DNA of 64,000 nucleotides from Malacoraja senta (taxonomy: Eukaryota). This document shows, one piece after another, positions 34,447 through 46,335 of this stretch. Every line of letters starts with the position of its first letter. Position 1 is the stretch's first letter. The stretch lies in NCBI GenBank assembly GCA_038087875.1, contig CM075999.1, positions 2,482,001 to 2,546,000 of the forward strand. Reading direction: 5' to 3'. The notes beneath the pieces are model-generated. The model was not told where the DNA came from and searched no databases. It saw only the letters and a program-made list of their open reading frames with translations. The position numbers and the translations under genes are program-made.

Positions 34447-34678
34447 GATAGACACAAAATGCTGGAGTAACTCAGCAGGAGAGGCAGCATCTCTGGAGAG
34501 ACGGAATGGGTGACGTTTCGGGTCGAGACCCTTCTTTATAAGTCTGACGAAGGGTCTCGACACGAAACGTCACCCATTCCTTCTCTCCAGAGATGCTGCC
34601 TGTCCCGCTGAGTTACTCCAGATTTTTGTGTCTATCTGCTGGGTTGTAAGCTGCCCAAGTGAAATATGAGGTGCTGCT
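34447..34678. mobile_element. Fold-back PLE subfamily-A unit, duplicate of 13297-13526
   Basis: Identical centre CTTCTTTATAAGTCTGACGAAGGGTCTCGACACGAAACGTC. Confidence 0.85.
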
Positions 34679-34849
34679 GATTGGCTGGGCATAATTGTAA
34701 ATCGTTCCCTAGTGTGTGCAGGGTAGAGCTAGTGTGCGGGGCTGTGAAGTGCGGGACTCTTCTTCAGACCAGCATCTGAAGTTCCTTCCTACGTAAACCG
34801 TTATCTGCAGTTACTTCCCACTCACTCAGTTTACTGCCTCAATCACGAG

Positions 34850-35366
34850 GACATCCTTGTGATTGGCGCAGTGCAGCGTAGGTTCACGAGATTGATCCCT
34901 GGGATGGCGGGACTGTCATATGAGGAAAGATTGAAAAGACTAGGCTTGTATTCACTGGAGTTTAGAAGGTTGAGGGGGGGATCTTATAGAAACATATAAA
35001 ATTATAAAAGGACTGGACAAGCTAGATGCAGGAAACATTTCCCCCCAATGTTGGGCGAGTCCAGAACCAGGGGCCACAGTCTTAGAATAAAGGGGAGGCC
35101 ATTTAGGACTGAGGTGAGAAAAAACGTTTTTCACCCAGAGAGTTGTGAATTTGTGGAATTCCCTGCCACAGTGGGCAGTGGAGGCCAAGTCACTGGATGG
35201 ATTTAAGAGAGAGTTGGATAGAGCTCTAGGGGCTAGTGGGATCAAGGGATATGGGGAGATGGCAGGTTATTGATTGGGGACCATCGGCCATGCTCATAAT
35301 GAATGGTGGTGCTGGCTTGAAGGGCCGAATGGCCTCCTCCTGCACCTATTTTCTATGTCTATGTCT
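34850..35366 (+). mobile_element. CR1 LINE 3' fragment
   Basis: VQRRFTRLIPGMAGLSYEERLKRLGLYSLEFRR. Confidence 0.9.
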
Positions 35367-35537
35367 AAACTATTATCTGCAGCTGCAGTTACTTCCTACT
35401 CACTTAAAAGGGATGTTGGAACCTCCTTCATGGTTATGGCCATGAAGTGTAGAGCTAAAAGATAATTGGAGATAGGCACAAAATGCTGGAGTAACTCAGC
35501 GGGACAGGCAGCATCTCTGGAGAGGAGGAATGGGTGA

Positions 35538-35774
35538 AGTGCTGGAGAAACTCAGCGGGTGCAGCAGCATCTATGGAGCGAAGGAAATAGGCAACGTTTC
35601 GGCCCGAAACCCTTCCGGGTTTCGGCCCGTAACGTTACCTATTTCCTTCCTGAAGGGTTTTGGCCCGAAACGTTGCCTATTTCCTTCGCTCCATAGATGC
35701 TGCTGCACCCGCTGAGTTTCTCCAGCACTTTTGTCTACCTTCGATTCTCCAGCATCTGCAGTTCCTTCTTAAAC
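35538..35774. mobile_element. Fold-back PLE subfamily-B unit with duplicated hammerhead 3' half, inserted in a subfamily-A PLE
   Basis: 12-bp TSD AGGAATGGGTGA (35526-35537, 35775-35786). Confidence 0.85.
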
Positions 35775-36693
35775 AGGAATGGGTGACGTCTCAGGACGAG
35801 ACCCTTCTTCAGATAATTGGAAGCATGCTCTACGGATTCGCAGGGCTTCTCCCTGTCTGCGTTAGGATCGCTGGTCGGTGCGGATTCGACGGGCTGAAGG
35901 GCCTGTTTCCATGCTGTATCTCTAAACTACACTAATCTAAACTAAACTAAACTAAACTAATCTAAATTAAACTAAACTAAACTAGCTATTACAGAAACAC
36001 GGGCAAGCTATTTCAGTTCAAGATGATTTCACAGCATATTTTGGATTGCTGCCATAATGCATATCGACACATGTACCAGAGGTCAATTGGATAATTTATA
36101 TGCATGTTACGCCACTGACCCATGTAGCAACCGTATTGGAGCAGGCGACCAACATGCACTGTGAAGTGGTAAACTCAGCCAGAAGTCTTCGTCGTCTACT
36201 TGGGATTTAATAACTCGCCTGCATTCGACAACCTTAAAATGTCTTTGGTGAAAACACCCTTGATAACAGCCCAGCTGCGAATGCTGTGAAATTGGATGGA
36301 GTATCTAAAATCTGGAAAGGAAACTCAAGTGGTTGAAATGTTTGTGCATAAAATTCATAATTGAAGAGTTGGCCGAAATTAAAAGAAATGCAATTTTATG
36401 TTGTTGCGGAAAATCACCGATAATCATCATGTACGTAATAATTGCCAGTCGGCCCTCTGACCAAACTCTGTGCAATGATTGCACCGCAATTTGGCATCGA
36501 CATGTTATTTTACTTAGCATTCATCGAGCGATAATACATATTTAGTTGAATTCTGAAGGTCTGAAGAAGGGTCTCGACCCGATACGTCATCCATTCCTTC
36601 TCTCCAGAGATGCTGCCTGTCCCGCTGAGTTACTCCAGCATTTTGTGTCTATCTTCGGTTTAAACCGGCATCTGCAGTTCCTTCCTGCACATA

Positions 36694-37400
36694 TTTAGTT
36701 TAGCTTAGAGACGCAGCGCGGAAACAGGCCCTTCGGCCCACCGAGTCCACGCCGACCAGCGATCCCCGTACACTAACACTATCCAACACACACTAGGGAC
36801 AATTTACATTTATACCGCGCCAATTAACCTACAAACCTGCACGTCTTTGGTGTGTGGGAGGAAACTGGAGCACCCGGAGAAAACCCACGCAGGTCATGGG
36901 GAGAACATAGAAAACATAGAAAACATCGAAAATAGGTGCAGGAGGAGGCCATTCGGCCCTTTGAGCCAGCACCGCCATTCAATGTGATCATGGCTGATCG
37001 TCCCCTATCAATAACCCATGCCTGCCTTCTCCCCATATCCCCTGACTCCACTAGCCCCTAGAGCTCTATCTAACTCTCTCTTAAATCCATCCAGTGACTT
37101 GGCCTCCACTGCCCTCTGTGGCAGGGAATTCCACAAATTCACAACTCTCTGGGTGAAAAAGTTTTTTCTCACCTCAGTCTTAAATGACCTCCTCTTTATT
37201 CTAAGACTGTGGCCCCTGGTTCTGGACTCGCCCAACATTGGGAACATTTTTCCTGCATCTAGCTTGTCCAGTCCTTTTATAATTTTATATGTTTATAAAA
37301 GTATAAAGTACAAACTCCATACAGACAGCACCCGTAGTCAGGATCGAGCCCGGGTCTCTGGCGCTGTGAGGCAGCAACTCTACCGCTGCGCCGCCATGCC
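36694..37400 (-). mobile_element. V-SINE with nested CR1 3' fragment (36905-37295, minus)
   Basis: SINE halves flank CR1 ORF 37008-37247. Confidence 0.85.
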
Positions 37401-37770
37401 TGAGCTGTTCTGTGTTCTAAGTTGAAAAAGATTGCTGCAAGATCACAACAAACAAGCCGCGATGTATTTTGTTTCCTTTTCACCTCGGGAATCTCTGCTT
37501 GTCGATATTAATGGCAATGCAAGTATCTACATGAAACATAAAATCTGACAAACAGCCCCAGGAGATGGTTGTCATCTTTGATGCTTTGATTCTTCTGCAG
37601 TAGCTTTGGACCAGCCTGGTTTCCGCGTGTAAGGCAGTGTTAAGTGGAATGCTGCATCCGCCCAGTCATGTGGCCAAACGTTCCCGCAGTAGCTGCACGT
37701 AAACAACCTCCATATCTCATCTTCCATTGTTGTTGTTAGATAAAAACGCTGGAGAAACCCAGCGGGTGAG

Positions 37771-38128
37771 TACAAGGATAGTATGGCGCAAAACAACTTT
37801 GGATTTAAATCCAACTATGGGTTGGGCGAGGTGGGTGGGGGGGGGGGGTGGGGGGGCGCACGAGAGGCAGGTATATCTCCACTTTTTTTTTCTTTTTTCC
37901 CCTTCTTTTTTTTCCCCTCCTCCTCGCTTACATTTTTATCCACTCTTTGGCCTACACTACTTTAGTAGTCTTGGCACCTCTCACTTATTCTCTCTCTTGT
38001 TCTTTCTCTTTTCTTTTCCCTTAGTTTCAAGTTATAAAGTTAAAATTTAAGCTGTATAATTTTATATGCCGATTGTTTTATTCTTGTACAACTGCTTCTA
38101 ATAAAAATAATAAAAAATTAAAAAAAAA
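37771..38128 (+). mobile_element. Polyadenylated retrocopy (L1-like 3' UTR or processed transcript end)
   Basis: AATAAA plus A-tail; 18-bp TSD AGAAAC(C/T)CAGCGGGTGAG (37753-37770, 38129-38146). Confidence 0.75.
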
Positions 38129-38162
38129 AGAAACTCAGCGGGTGAGGCAGCATCTATGGAGC

Positions 38163-38447
38163 GAAGGAATAGGCAACGTTTCAGGCTGAAACCCGGAAGG
38201 AAATAGGCAACGTATCAGGCTGAAACCCGGAAGGAAATAGGCAACGTTTCGGGCCGAAACCCTTCCGGGGGCAACAGCATCTATGGAGCGAAGGAAATAG
38301 GCAACGTTTCAGGCTGAAACCCGGAAGAAAATAGGCAACGTTTCAGGCTGAAACCCGGAAGGAAATAGGCAACGTTTCAGGCTGAAACCCAGAAGGAAAT
38401 AGGCAATGTTTCGGGCCGAAACCCGGAAGGAAATAGGCAACGTTTCG
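38163..38447 (-). repeat. Hammerhead-derived 34-bp tandem array (3+5 units) in fold-back PLE-B element (~37735-38560)
   Basis: Unit on plus strand GAAGGAAATAGGCAACGTTTCAGGCTGAAACCCG. Confidence 0.9.
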
Positions 38448-38689
38448 GCCCGAAACGTTGCCTATTTCCTTCGCTCCATAGATGCTGCCTCACCCGCTGA
38501 GTTTCTCCAGCATTTTTATCTACCTTTGATTTTCCAGCATCTGCAGTTCTTTCTGAAACATTCCATTATAGTTCTGATTCATTATGATTAATATTAATTT
38601 ATTTTTCCTCTCTCGCAAACTCTTATGCTCCATTTATTCCCTAGATTAATTGCACAATATTTTCTTCCTGCATCTGCCGATGCTGGTTT

Positions 38690-39410
38690 AGAGTCACAGA
38701 GTCCTCGAGTCATACAGCGTGGAAACAGGCCCTTCAGAACTTGCTCACACCGACCAACATGTCCCAGCTACAATAGTTCCACCTGCCCGTATTCTTCTAA
38801 ACCCGTCCTATCCATGTATCTGTCTAACTGTTTCTTAAACGTTGCGATGGTCCCTGCCTCAACTAGCTCCTGCAACAGCTTCTTCCATACACCCACCACC
38901 CTCTGCGTGAAAAAGTTACCCCTCAGATTCCTATTAAATCTTTTCCCCTTCACCTTAAACCTATGTCCTCTGGTCCTCGATTCCCTACTCTGGGCAAGAG
39001 AATCTGTGCGTTTACCTGATCTATTATAGAAACATAGAAACGTAGAAACATAGAAAATAGGTGCAGGAGGAGGCCATTCGGCCCTTCGAGCAAGCCGATC
39101 GTCCCCAATCAATAACCCGTGCCTGCCTTCTCCCCATATCCCTTGACTTCACTAGCCCCTAGAGCTCTATCTAACTCTCTCTTAAATCCATCCAGTGACT
39201 TGGCCTCCACTGCCCTCTGTGGCAGGGAATTCCACAAATTTACAACTCTCTGGGTGAAAACGTTTTTTCTCACCTCAGTCATTCCTCTCATGATTTTATA
39301 CACCTCTATAAGATCTCCCCTCATCCTCCAGCGCTCCAAGGAATAGAGTCCCAGCCTGATCAACGTCTCCCTACAGCTCAGTCCAGGAAACATCGTTGTA
39401 AATCTTCCCT
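38690..39410 (-). mobile_element. CR1 LINE fragment with a second CR1 subfamily nested (39026-39280)
   Basis: ORFs 38768-39112 and 39109-39501. Confidence 0.85.
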
Positions 39411-40119
39411 GTATCGTTAGTTTTCTTGCAGCTTTTACCCCAGTTTGAGACAGAATCTTCCGTGCTGGGAGCAGATTCCGATAAAATCTTTCCCCCTTCA
39501 CCTTAAGCCTATGCCTGAAGATAGGAACAAAGTGCTGGAGTAACTCAGCGAGTCAGGCAGCATCGCCGGAGATAAGGAATGGGCGACCTTTCTGGTCGAG
39601 ACCCTTCCTCATCATTTTTTGTGGGATTTGGGAATTGCTGGCATTCCTGGCATTTATTCCACATCCCCGATTGTCCTTTGTGGTGAAGACAGACACAAAA
39701 TGCTAGAGTAACTCAGGGGGACAGGCAGCATCTCTGGAGAGAAGGAGCGGGTGACGTTCCGAGTCGGGACCCTTCCTCTTTGTGGTGGCCTGTTACCAAA
39801 TTGAACCATTGCAATCTTTCTGGTCTTGGATAGTGATTCAGGACTCCGATCCAATGATGACGAAGGAACAGTAACATATTTCTAAGATTGAAAGAAAGAT
39901 ATGAAGTGCTGGAGTAACTCAACGGGTCAAGAAGCATCTCTGGAGAAAAAATTCAATGGCCGAAATTTCGTGTCGGGACCTTTCTTCAGACCGAAAATAG
40001 AGGGGAGGGAACTGGAGTTAAGAAAAGGCCGGAACAAAACAGGGTCGGCAACAGATGACCAAGGAAGGGTGGAGCCGTCAATGGCCCATTGTTGGCTGGG
40101 GAAGGGGGTGATAAGATGC

Positions 40120-40685
40120 GATTGGTTTGGGAACAGCTCAGACCATCACACAAACCAACCTCCCTTCCATTGGCTCCATCTACACCTCCCGCTGCCTCGG
40201 CAAGGCCAGCAGCATCATCAAGGACAAGTCGCACCCTGGCCACTCCCTCTTCTCCCCTCTCCCATCGGGCAAAAGGTTATAGAAGTGTGAAAACGCACAC
40301 CTCCAGATTATTCCCAGCTGTTATCAGGCAACTGAATCATCCTACCACAACCAGAGAGCGGTCCTGAACTACTATCTACCTCAGTGGTGACCCTCGGACT
40401 ATCATTGATCAGACTTTGCTGGCTTTACCTTGCACTAAGTGTCTGAAGAAGGGTTTCGGCCCGAAATGTTGCCTATTTCCTTCGCTCCATAGATGCTGCT
40501 GCACCCGCTGAGTTTCTCCAGCATTTTTGTGTACCTTACCTTGCACTAAACTTGATTCCCTTATCATGTATCTCCTGTACACTGTGAATGTCTCGATTGT
40601 AATTATGTATTGTCTTTCCACTGACTGGTTAGCACGCAACAAAAGCTTTTCACTGTACCTCGGTACACGTGACAATAAACTGAAC
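40120..40685 (+). mobile_element. Rex1/Babar-like LINE 3' end, nested in a PLE and carrying a PLE-B insertion (40439-40535)
   Basis: AQTITQTNLPSIGSIYTSRCLGKASSIIKDKSHPGHSLFSPLPSGK; 14-bp TSD TTACCTTGCACTAA (40425-40438, 40536-40549). Confidence 0.85.
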
Positions 40686-41174
40686 TAATGAAGGATGCGA
40701 ATAATGGAACTAGCAGGATGACTAGGGTGGGGGAGAGATGGGGGAGAGAGGGGGAGAGAGGGGATGCAGGGGTTACTTGAAATGAGAGCAATCAACCTTC
40801 ACAGTGCTGGGTTGTAAGATGATTGACAGCGAGGAGAATGTTTGCGACATGATGGAAAAGAATTTCAATTTTCTGTTGCCTTAGAAAAAAATCACCGCTT
40901 TCAATTCATTCTTCAATTTGTTGCGAACCAGTTTCACTCTCTCCTTCATTCCCAACAACGGGTGAACAAACAGCAGGTACACGTAGTAACAGTTATGGTG
41001 GGGTAGGGTCAGACTGCTGCGGACTGGGTCAGGAGGCTGGGGGCTCCAGATCTTTTCCCTGTGATACGAGAACCACAACATTAGCCTGTTACTCCAGCGG
41101 TGAATCCGGAACGCCGTAGCGCAGGAACAAGCCCTTCGGCCCACCATGACGCAAATGCACAGCTAGTGACATAT

Positions 41175-41912
41175 GGGGCAGCACGGTGGGGCAGCGGTAG
41201 AGTTGCTGCCTTACAACGCTTACAGCGCCGGAGACCCGGGTTCGATCCCGGCTACGGGCGCTGTCTGCACGGAGTTTGTACGTTTCCCCCGTGGGTTTTC
41301 TCCGAGATCTTCGGTTTCCTCCCACACTCCAAAGACGTGCAGGTTTGTAGGTTAATAGGTTTGCTATAAAAGTACAATTGTTCCTAGTGATAATGTGCAG
41401 GGATCGCTGGTCGGCACGGACCCGGCGGGCCGAAGTGCCTGTTAAACAATAGACAATAGACAATAGGTGCAGGAATAGGCCATTAGGCCCTTCGAGCTAG
41501 CACCGCCATTCAATGTGATCATGGCTGATCATCCCCAATCAGTAACCCGTTCCTACCTTCTCCCCATATCCCCTGACTCCGCTATCTTTAAGAGCCCTAT
41601 CTAGCTCTCTCTTGAAAGTATCCAGAGAACCGGCCTCCACCGCCCTCTGAGGCAGAGAATTCCACAGACTCACAACTCTGTTAGTGTTAGCTGTTAGATC
41701 TCTGTTAGAGAGCTAGATAGGGCTCTTAAAAATAGCAGAGTCAGGGGATATGGGGGAGAAGGCAGGAACGGGGTACTGATTGGTGATGATCAGCCATGAT
41801 CACATTGAATGGCGGTGCTGGCTCGAAGGGCCGAATGGCCTACTCCTGCACCTATTGTCTATTGTCTATTGTCTCTCTGTGTTTCCGCGCTGTATCTCTA
41901 TAACTAAACTAA
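41175..41912 (+). mobile_element. V-SINE interrupted by a tail-out pair of CR1 3' ends (41444-41875)
   Basis: SINE tail split at GCCTGTT|GTTTCCGCGCTG. Confidence 0.85.
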
Positions 41913-41929
41913 AAGTTTGCACTAACAAC

Positions 41930-42157
41930 CCAGCTTACAACCCAGTGGTATGAATATTGTTTCCTCTAGCTTCAAGTAACCCTTCCTTTCCCTCTCTCTC
42001 CGTCCCTCCCCCACTCTAAGTCTCCGACCGGTTCCACCGTCCTCCTGATTAATTTTTCTGTTAGTGTGCCTCATTGTCACCTTCCCCTCAGCCAACAACG
42101 AACCACTCTACATTTCTTTGATCATCGACTGCTTTGAGCTGTCCTTTTCACACCTCA
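41930..42157 (+). mobile_element. PLE endonuclease end and 3' UTR
   Basis: SLQPSGMNIVSSSFK*; homologous to 12815-13023 (minus). Confidence 0.75.
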
Positions 42158-42617
42158 GCAAGCGGAATAATCCATAATGTGATAAAAGCATAACGGCCGC
42201 CAATATTGGATGACACTTTGGCATAGAGACGCATCTTCAAAACTATTCTCTGGTGATGACTTTGATCATTTTCGTTGGCTCTGGGCGGTGATGGATTCAT
42301 TCCCGTGTCCGCGGTGAGAGTTCGGAGACTGGTTCGGGCTGCTTATTTCGCTTGACCTGTCTCCGGCGACTGAGTTGTGATGTGTTGTCATGTCATGAAT
42401 ATAGAATGGAATGCTGTCACAAGATATTACTGAGGACCTGTCTCCCCGAACCCTCTGACATCAACACAGGTCGGCGTCTGCAATGGAACGGGTGAGGAGT
42501 GGTGATCCACAACAACTCCCTCTGCAAAGGGCAGAGTTCTGTGCTAATGGATACCCATGCCCAAAATGTAGAGTTATTCAGCTTGCAAACAGGCCCTTCA
42601 GCCCAACGCATCCATAC

Positions 42618-43891
42618 TTAGAAATATAGAAACATAAAAAATAGGCTCTGGACTAGGCCATTCTCCCCTTCCAGCCAGCACCGTCATTCAATATGATCAT
42701 GGCTGATCATCTAAAATCAGTACCCTGTTCCTGCTTTCTCCCCATATCCTTTGATTCCGTTAGCCCAAAGAGCTAAATCTAACTCTCTCTTGGAAACATC
42801 CAGTGAATTGGCCTCCACTGCCTTCTGTGGCAGAGAATTCCACAGATTCACAACTCTCTGGGTGAAAAAGTTTTTCCTCATCTCAGTCCTAAATTTGTAT
42901 ACATTGTGTAGGTGAGCAAAGGCCTCTGCAGTCAGTCTGTTTTTATTTTTGTCCTGTTGAGTGTATAGTTTGTAGTGGTTTATATATTATTTTTAGCTGT
43001 GTATATGTGGGGGGGCAGGGGGGTGGGTGAAACGTTTAAATCTCTTCCCTGTACGGGGGACCCGACCTTTTCCCTGTCGGGTCTCCGTTGTCGTTGAGGC
43101 CCAACCGGAACGACCTGGGGGCTCCAGTCGCGGAGCCTGCGGACTCACCATCGTGGAGCTGGGCGGCTTCGGAAGCGTGGAGCGCTGCGGTGGCGTGCGG
43201 CTGCGACCCGACCCCGGAGCTTCGGAGGCTCCAGCCGCAGGTCCGGTGGACGGTGACATCGGGAGCTCGCGGGTCCCTGGTGGGAGACCGCTTTTCGGAG
43301 CTCCCGCAACGGCAACTCCTCCCGCCCGAATTGCGGGGTTGAAAACGACCCGGAGCAGGGCCTTACATCGCCCGGTGCGGCTTTAACGGCCACGGGACTT
43401 TCCATCGCCCACCGGGGGGCTCCAACATCAAGACCCGGAGCAGGGCCTTACATCGCCCGGTGCGGCTTTAACGGCCGCGGGACTTGCCATCGCCCGCTGG
43501 AGGCTTTAACATCGGGAGAAGAATGGAAAACAGGGGAGAGACAATGACTTTGCCTTCCATCACAGTGAGGAGGAGATTCACTGTGATGGATATTTGTGTA
43601 AATTGTGTTAATTGTGTGTCTTGTTTTTTTTTTCTTGTTGTATGACTGCAGAAACCAAATTTGGTTTGAACTTCATTTGAGGTTCAAATGACAATAAACG
43701 GTATTGTATTGTATTGTATTTCACTCTGCCTAGTCACATGTGATAATGAAGTATTGCTATTCCTCTTCCTATATGGCCTACCCCTTATTCTTAAACTGTG
43801 ACCCCTGGTTCAGGATTTCCCCAACACTGGGAACTTTTTTCCTGCCTCTAGCCTGTCGAATCCTTTAAGAATGTTATATGTTTCTATAAGA
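42618..43891 (-). mobile_element. CR1 LINE 3' fragment split by an insertion at ~42896-43768
   Basis: CR1 continuity TCAGTCCTAAAT|...|CCTATATGGCCTACCCCTTATTC. Confidence 0.8.
42910..43720 (+). mobile_element. GC-rich non-autonomous retroelement with Rex1-type tail and internal 2 x 85 bp tandem repeat (43347-43515)
   Basis: Tail AAATTT.GTTTGAAC...CAAATGACAATAAA(GTATT)n; hairpins shared with 28527-29530. Confidence 0.6.
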
Positions 43892-43892
43892 T

Positions 43893-44420
43893 ATAAGTGG
43901 ACAGTAGAGAGCATGCTGACCGGTTGCATCGTGGCTTGGTTCGGCAACTTGAGCGCCCTGGAGAGGAAAAGACTACAAAAAGTAGTAAACACTGTCCAGT
44001 CCATCATCGGCTCTGACCTCCCTTCCATCGAGGGGATCCATCGCAGTCGCTGCCTCAAAAAGGCTGGCAGTATCAACAAGGACCCACACCATCCTGGCCA
44101 CACACTCATCTCCCTACTACCTTCAGGTAGAAGGTACAGGAGCCTGAAGACTGCAACGACCAGGTTCAGGAATAGCTACTTCCCCACAGCCATCAGGCTA
44201 TTAAACTTGGCTCGGACAAAACTCTGAACATTAATAGCCCATTATCTGTTATTTGCACTTTATCAGTTTATTTATTCATGTGTGTATATATTTATATAAT
44301 GGTATATGGACACACTGATCTGTTCTGCATTCATGCCTACTATGTTCTGTTGTGCTGAAGCAAAGCAAGAATTTCATTGTCCTATCTGGGACACATGACA
44401 ATAAACTCACTTGAACACTT
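43893..44420 (+). mobile_element. Rex1/Babar-like LINE 3' fragment
   Basis: TVESMLTGCIVAWFGN...RKRLQKVVNT...KDPHHPGH...LPSGRRYRS...FFP-like TAIRLLN (DUF1891-type region after RT). Confidence 0.85.
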
Positions 44421-45514
44421 GAGATCCTCTGTAAGATACTGATCAAGATATCCTCATCTAAGCTAATCCTTTTGGCCGTCTGGCCCATATCATTCTTAAT
44501 CTTTCTCTAACTATGTACCTGTCCAAGTATCCTTTAAATGCTGTTATACCACCCGTCACTACTACCTCTTCTGGCAGCTCATTCTTTATAGGGTGGCATG
44601 TTGGCGCAGCGACAGAGGCCCGGGTTCGATCCTGACTACGGGTGTTGTCTGTACGGAGTTTGCACGTTCTCCCTGTGACCGTATCGGTTTTCTCCGGATG
44701 CTCCGGTTTCGTCCCACACCCCAAATATGTACAGGCTTGCAGGTTAATTGGCTTCTGTACATTGTAAATAGCCCCTAGTGTGTGGAGGACAATGGAATCG
44801 CTAGTCGGCGCAGACTTGGGTAAAAGACTCTCTCATTCCCTCGTGATCTTATACACCTCTATAAGATCATACCTCATCCTCCTGCGCTCCACGGAATAAA
44901 GTCCTAGCCTGCCCAACCTCTCCCTGTAGCTGAAGCCCTCAAATCTTGGCAACATCCTCGTAAATCTTCTCTGCACCCTTTCCAGCTTCTGTGAAGTCGT
45001 GCATTGCTATTTACAATCCCGGTCTCAATTATCACACACATTCTAATCCACCGTTTAGTTACGTCATGTCATACAGGCTAAACAATTACTGCATTAATAA
45101 GGCCCATCTACTTGTATGCAACTCATTATTTGTTAAGGCTCGATACAGCAGACCCACGCAGAGGACTTGCATCAAGTGACATGGCTTAATTATAGTCTAG
45201 GGTTGCAGGAGAGGTGAGGTTTACTCAAATGACTTCGAACCACTGCCATGCAATGCATCAGTTGGTACATTTCCTTTTGCTTAAGGAGCAAGGTGGAGGA
45301 TACTCAGTAATGGGAATTGTCAGTGGAAGGTCAATGTGTTCTGTTAAAGATGGCTTGAGAGCAGATTTAATCAGATGTTGTTTCAATGCTTTGAAATAAA
45401 TAAATACAGCCATTTCCGTGAAAGGTTCCCCTCCCAGTCAAGCTTTAGTTCGACTAAAATAATTGCTCAGAGTCTGTGGGCAGAGATTTGTCCTTAACCA
45501 TTCACGACAGTCTT

Positions 45515-46335
45515 CATCTTTCAGAGTATTGAGTGTAGAAGTTGGGAGGTCATGTTGCAGTTCTATAAGACGTTGGTGAGACCGCATTTGAGGGCAGTCA
45601 CGGGTGGCACAGCGGTAGAGTTGCTGCCTTACACCAAAATGCAGCGCCAGAGACCCGGGTTCGATCCCGACTACGGGCGCTGTCTGTACGGAGTTTGTAC
45701 GTTCTCCCCGTGACCTGCGTGGGTTTTCTCCGAGATCTTCGGTCTCCTCCCACACTACAAAGACGTGCAGGTTTGTAGGTTAATTGGCTTGTTTAATTGG
45801 CTTGATAAAATGTAAAATTGTCCAAGTTGGACAAGTACTGCCCTGCCGACTACAAAATTCAGAAGGTTCAGAAGGTTCATTTAGAATATTGTGTTCAGTT
45901 CAGCTTGAAAGGGTTCAGAGAAGATATACGAGGATGTTGCCAGGACTAGAGGGTGTGAGCGACAGGGGGAGGTTGAGTAGTCTGGGTCTCTATTTCTTAG
46001 AGTGCAGGAGGATGAGGGGAGATCTTATAGAGGTGTACAAAATCATGAGAGGAATAGATTGGGTAGATGCACAGAGTCTCTTGCCCAGAGTAGGGGAATC
46101 GAGGACCAGAGGACATAGGTTTAAGGTGAAAGGGAAAAGATTTAATAGGAATCTGAGGGGTAACCTTTTCACACAAAGGGTGGTGGGTGTATGGATTAAG
46201 CTGCCAGAGGAGGTGGTCGAGACTGGGACTATCCCAACGTTTAAGAAACATTTAGACAGGTACATGGATAGGACAGGTTTGGAGGGATATGGACCAAGCG
46301 CAGGCAGGTGGGACTAGTGGGCTGGTGTGGGCAAG
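45515..46335 (+). mobile_element. CR1 LINE fragment with nested V-SINE (45591-45822)
   Basis: LERVQRRYTRMLPGLEG...NLRGNLFTQRVVGVW. Confidence 0.9.

Noticed and set aside
37572..37730. Minus-strand peptide MEDEIWRLFTCSYCGNVWPHDW with CxxC
   Set aside because: Short, abuts a PLE, no splice or homology support
42180..42560. Possible terminal exon or selenocysteine read-through (C-TGA-C) on the minus strand after acceptor CCCTTTGCAG
   Set aside because: All frames stop quickly, no SECIS recognised, no upstream exon found
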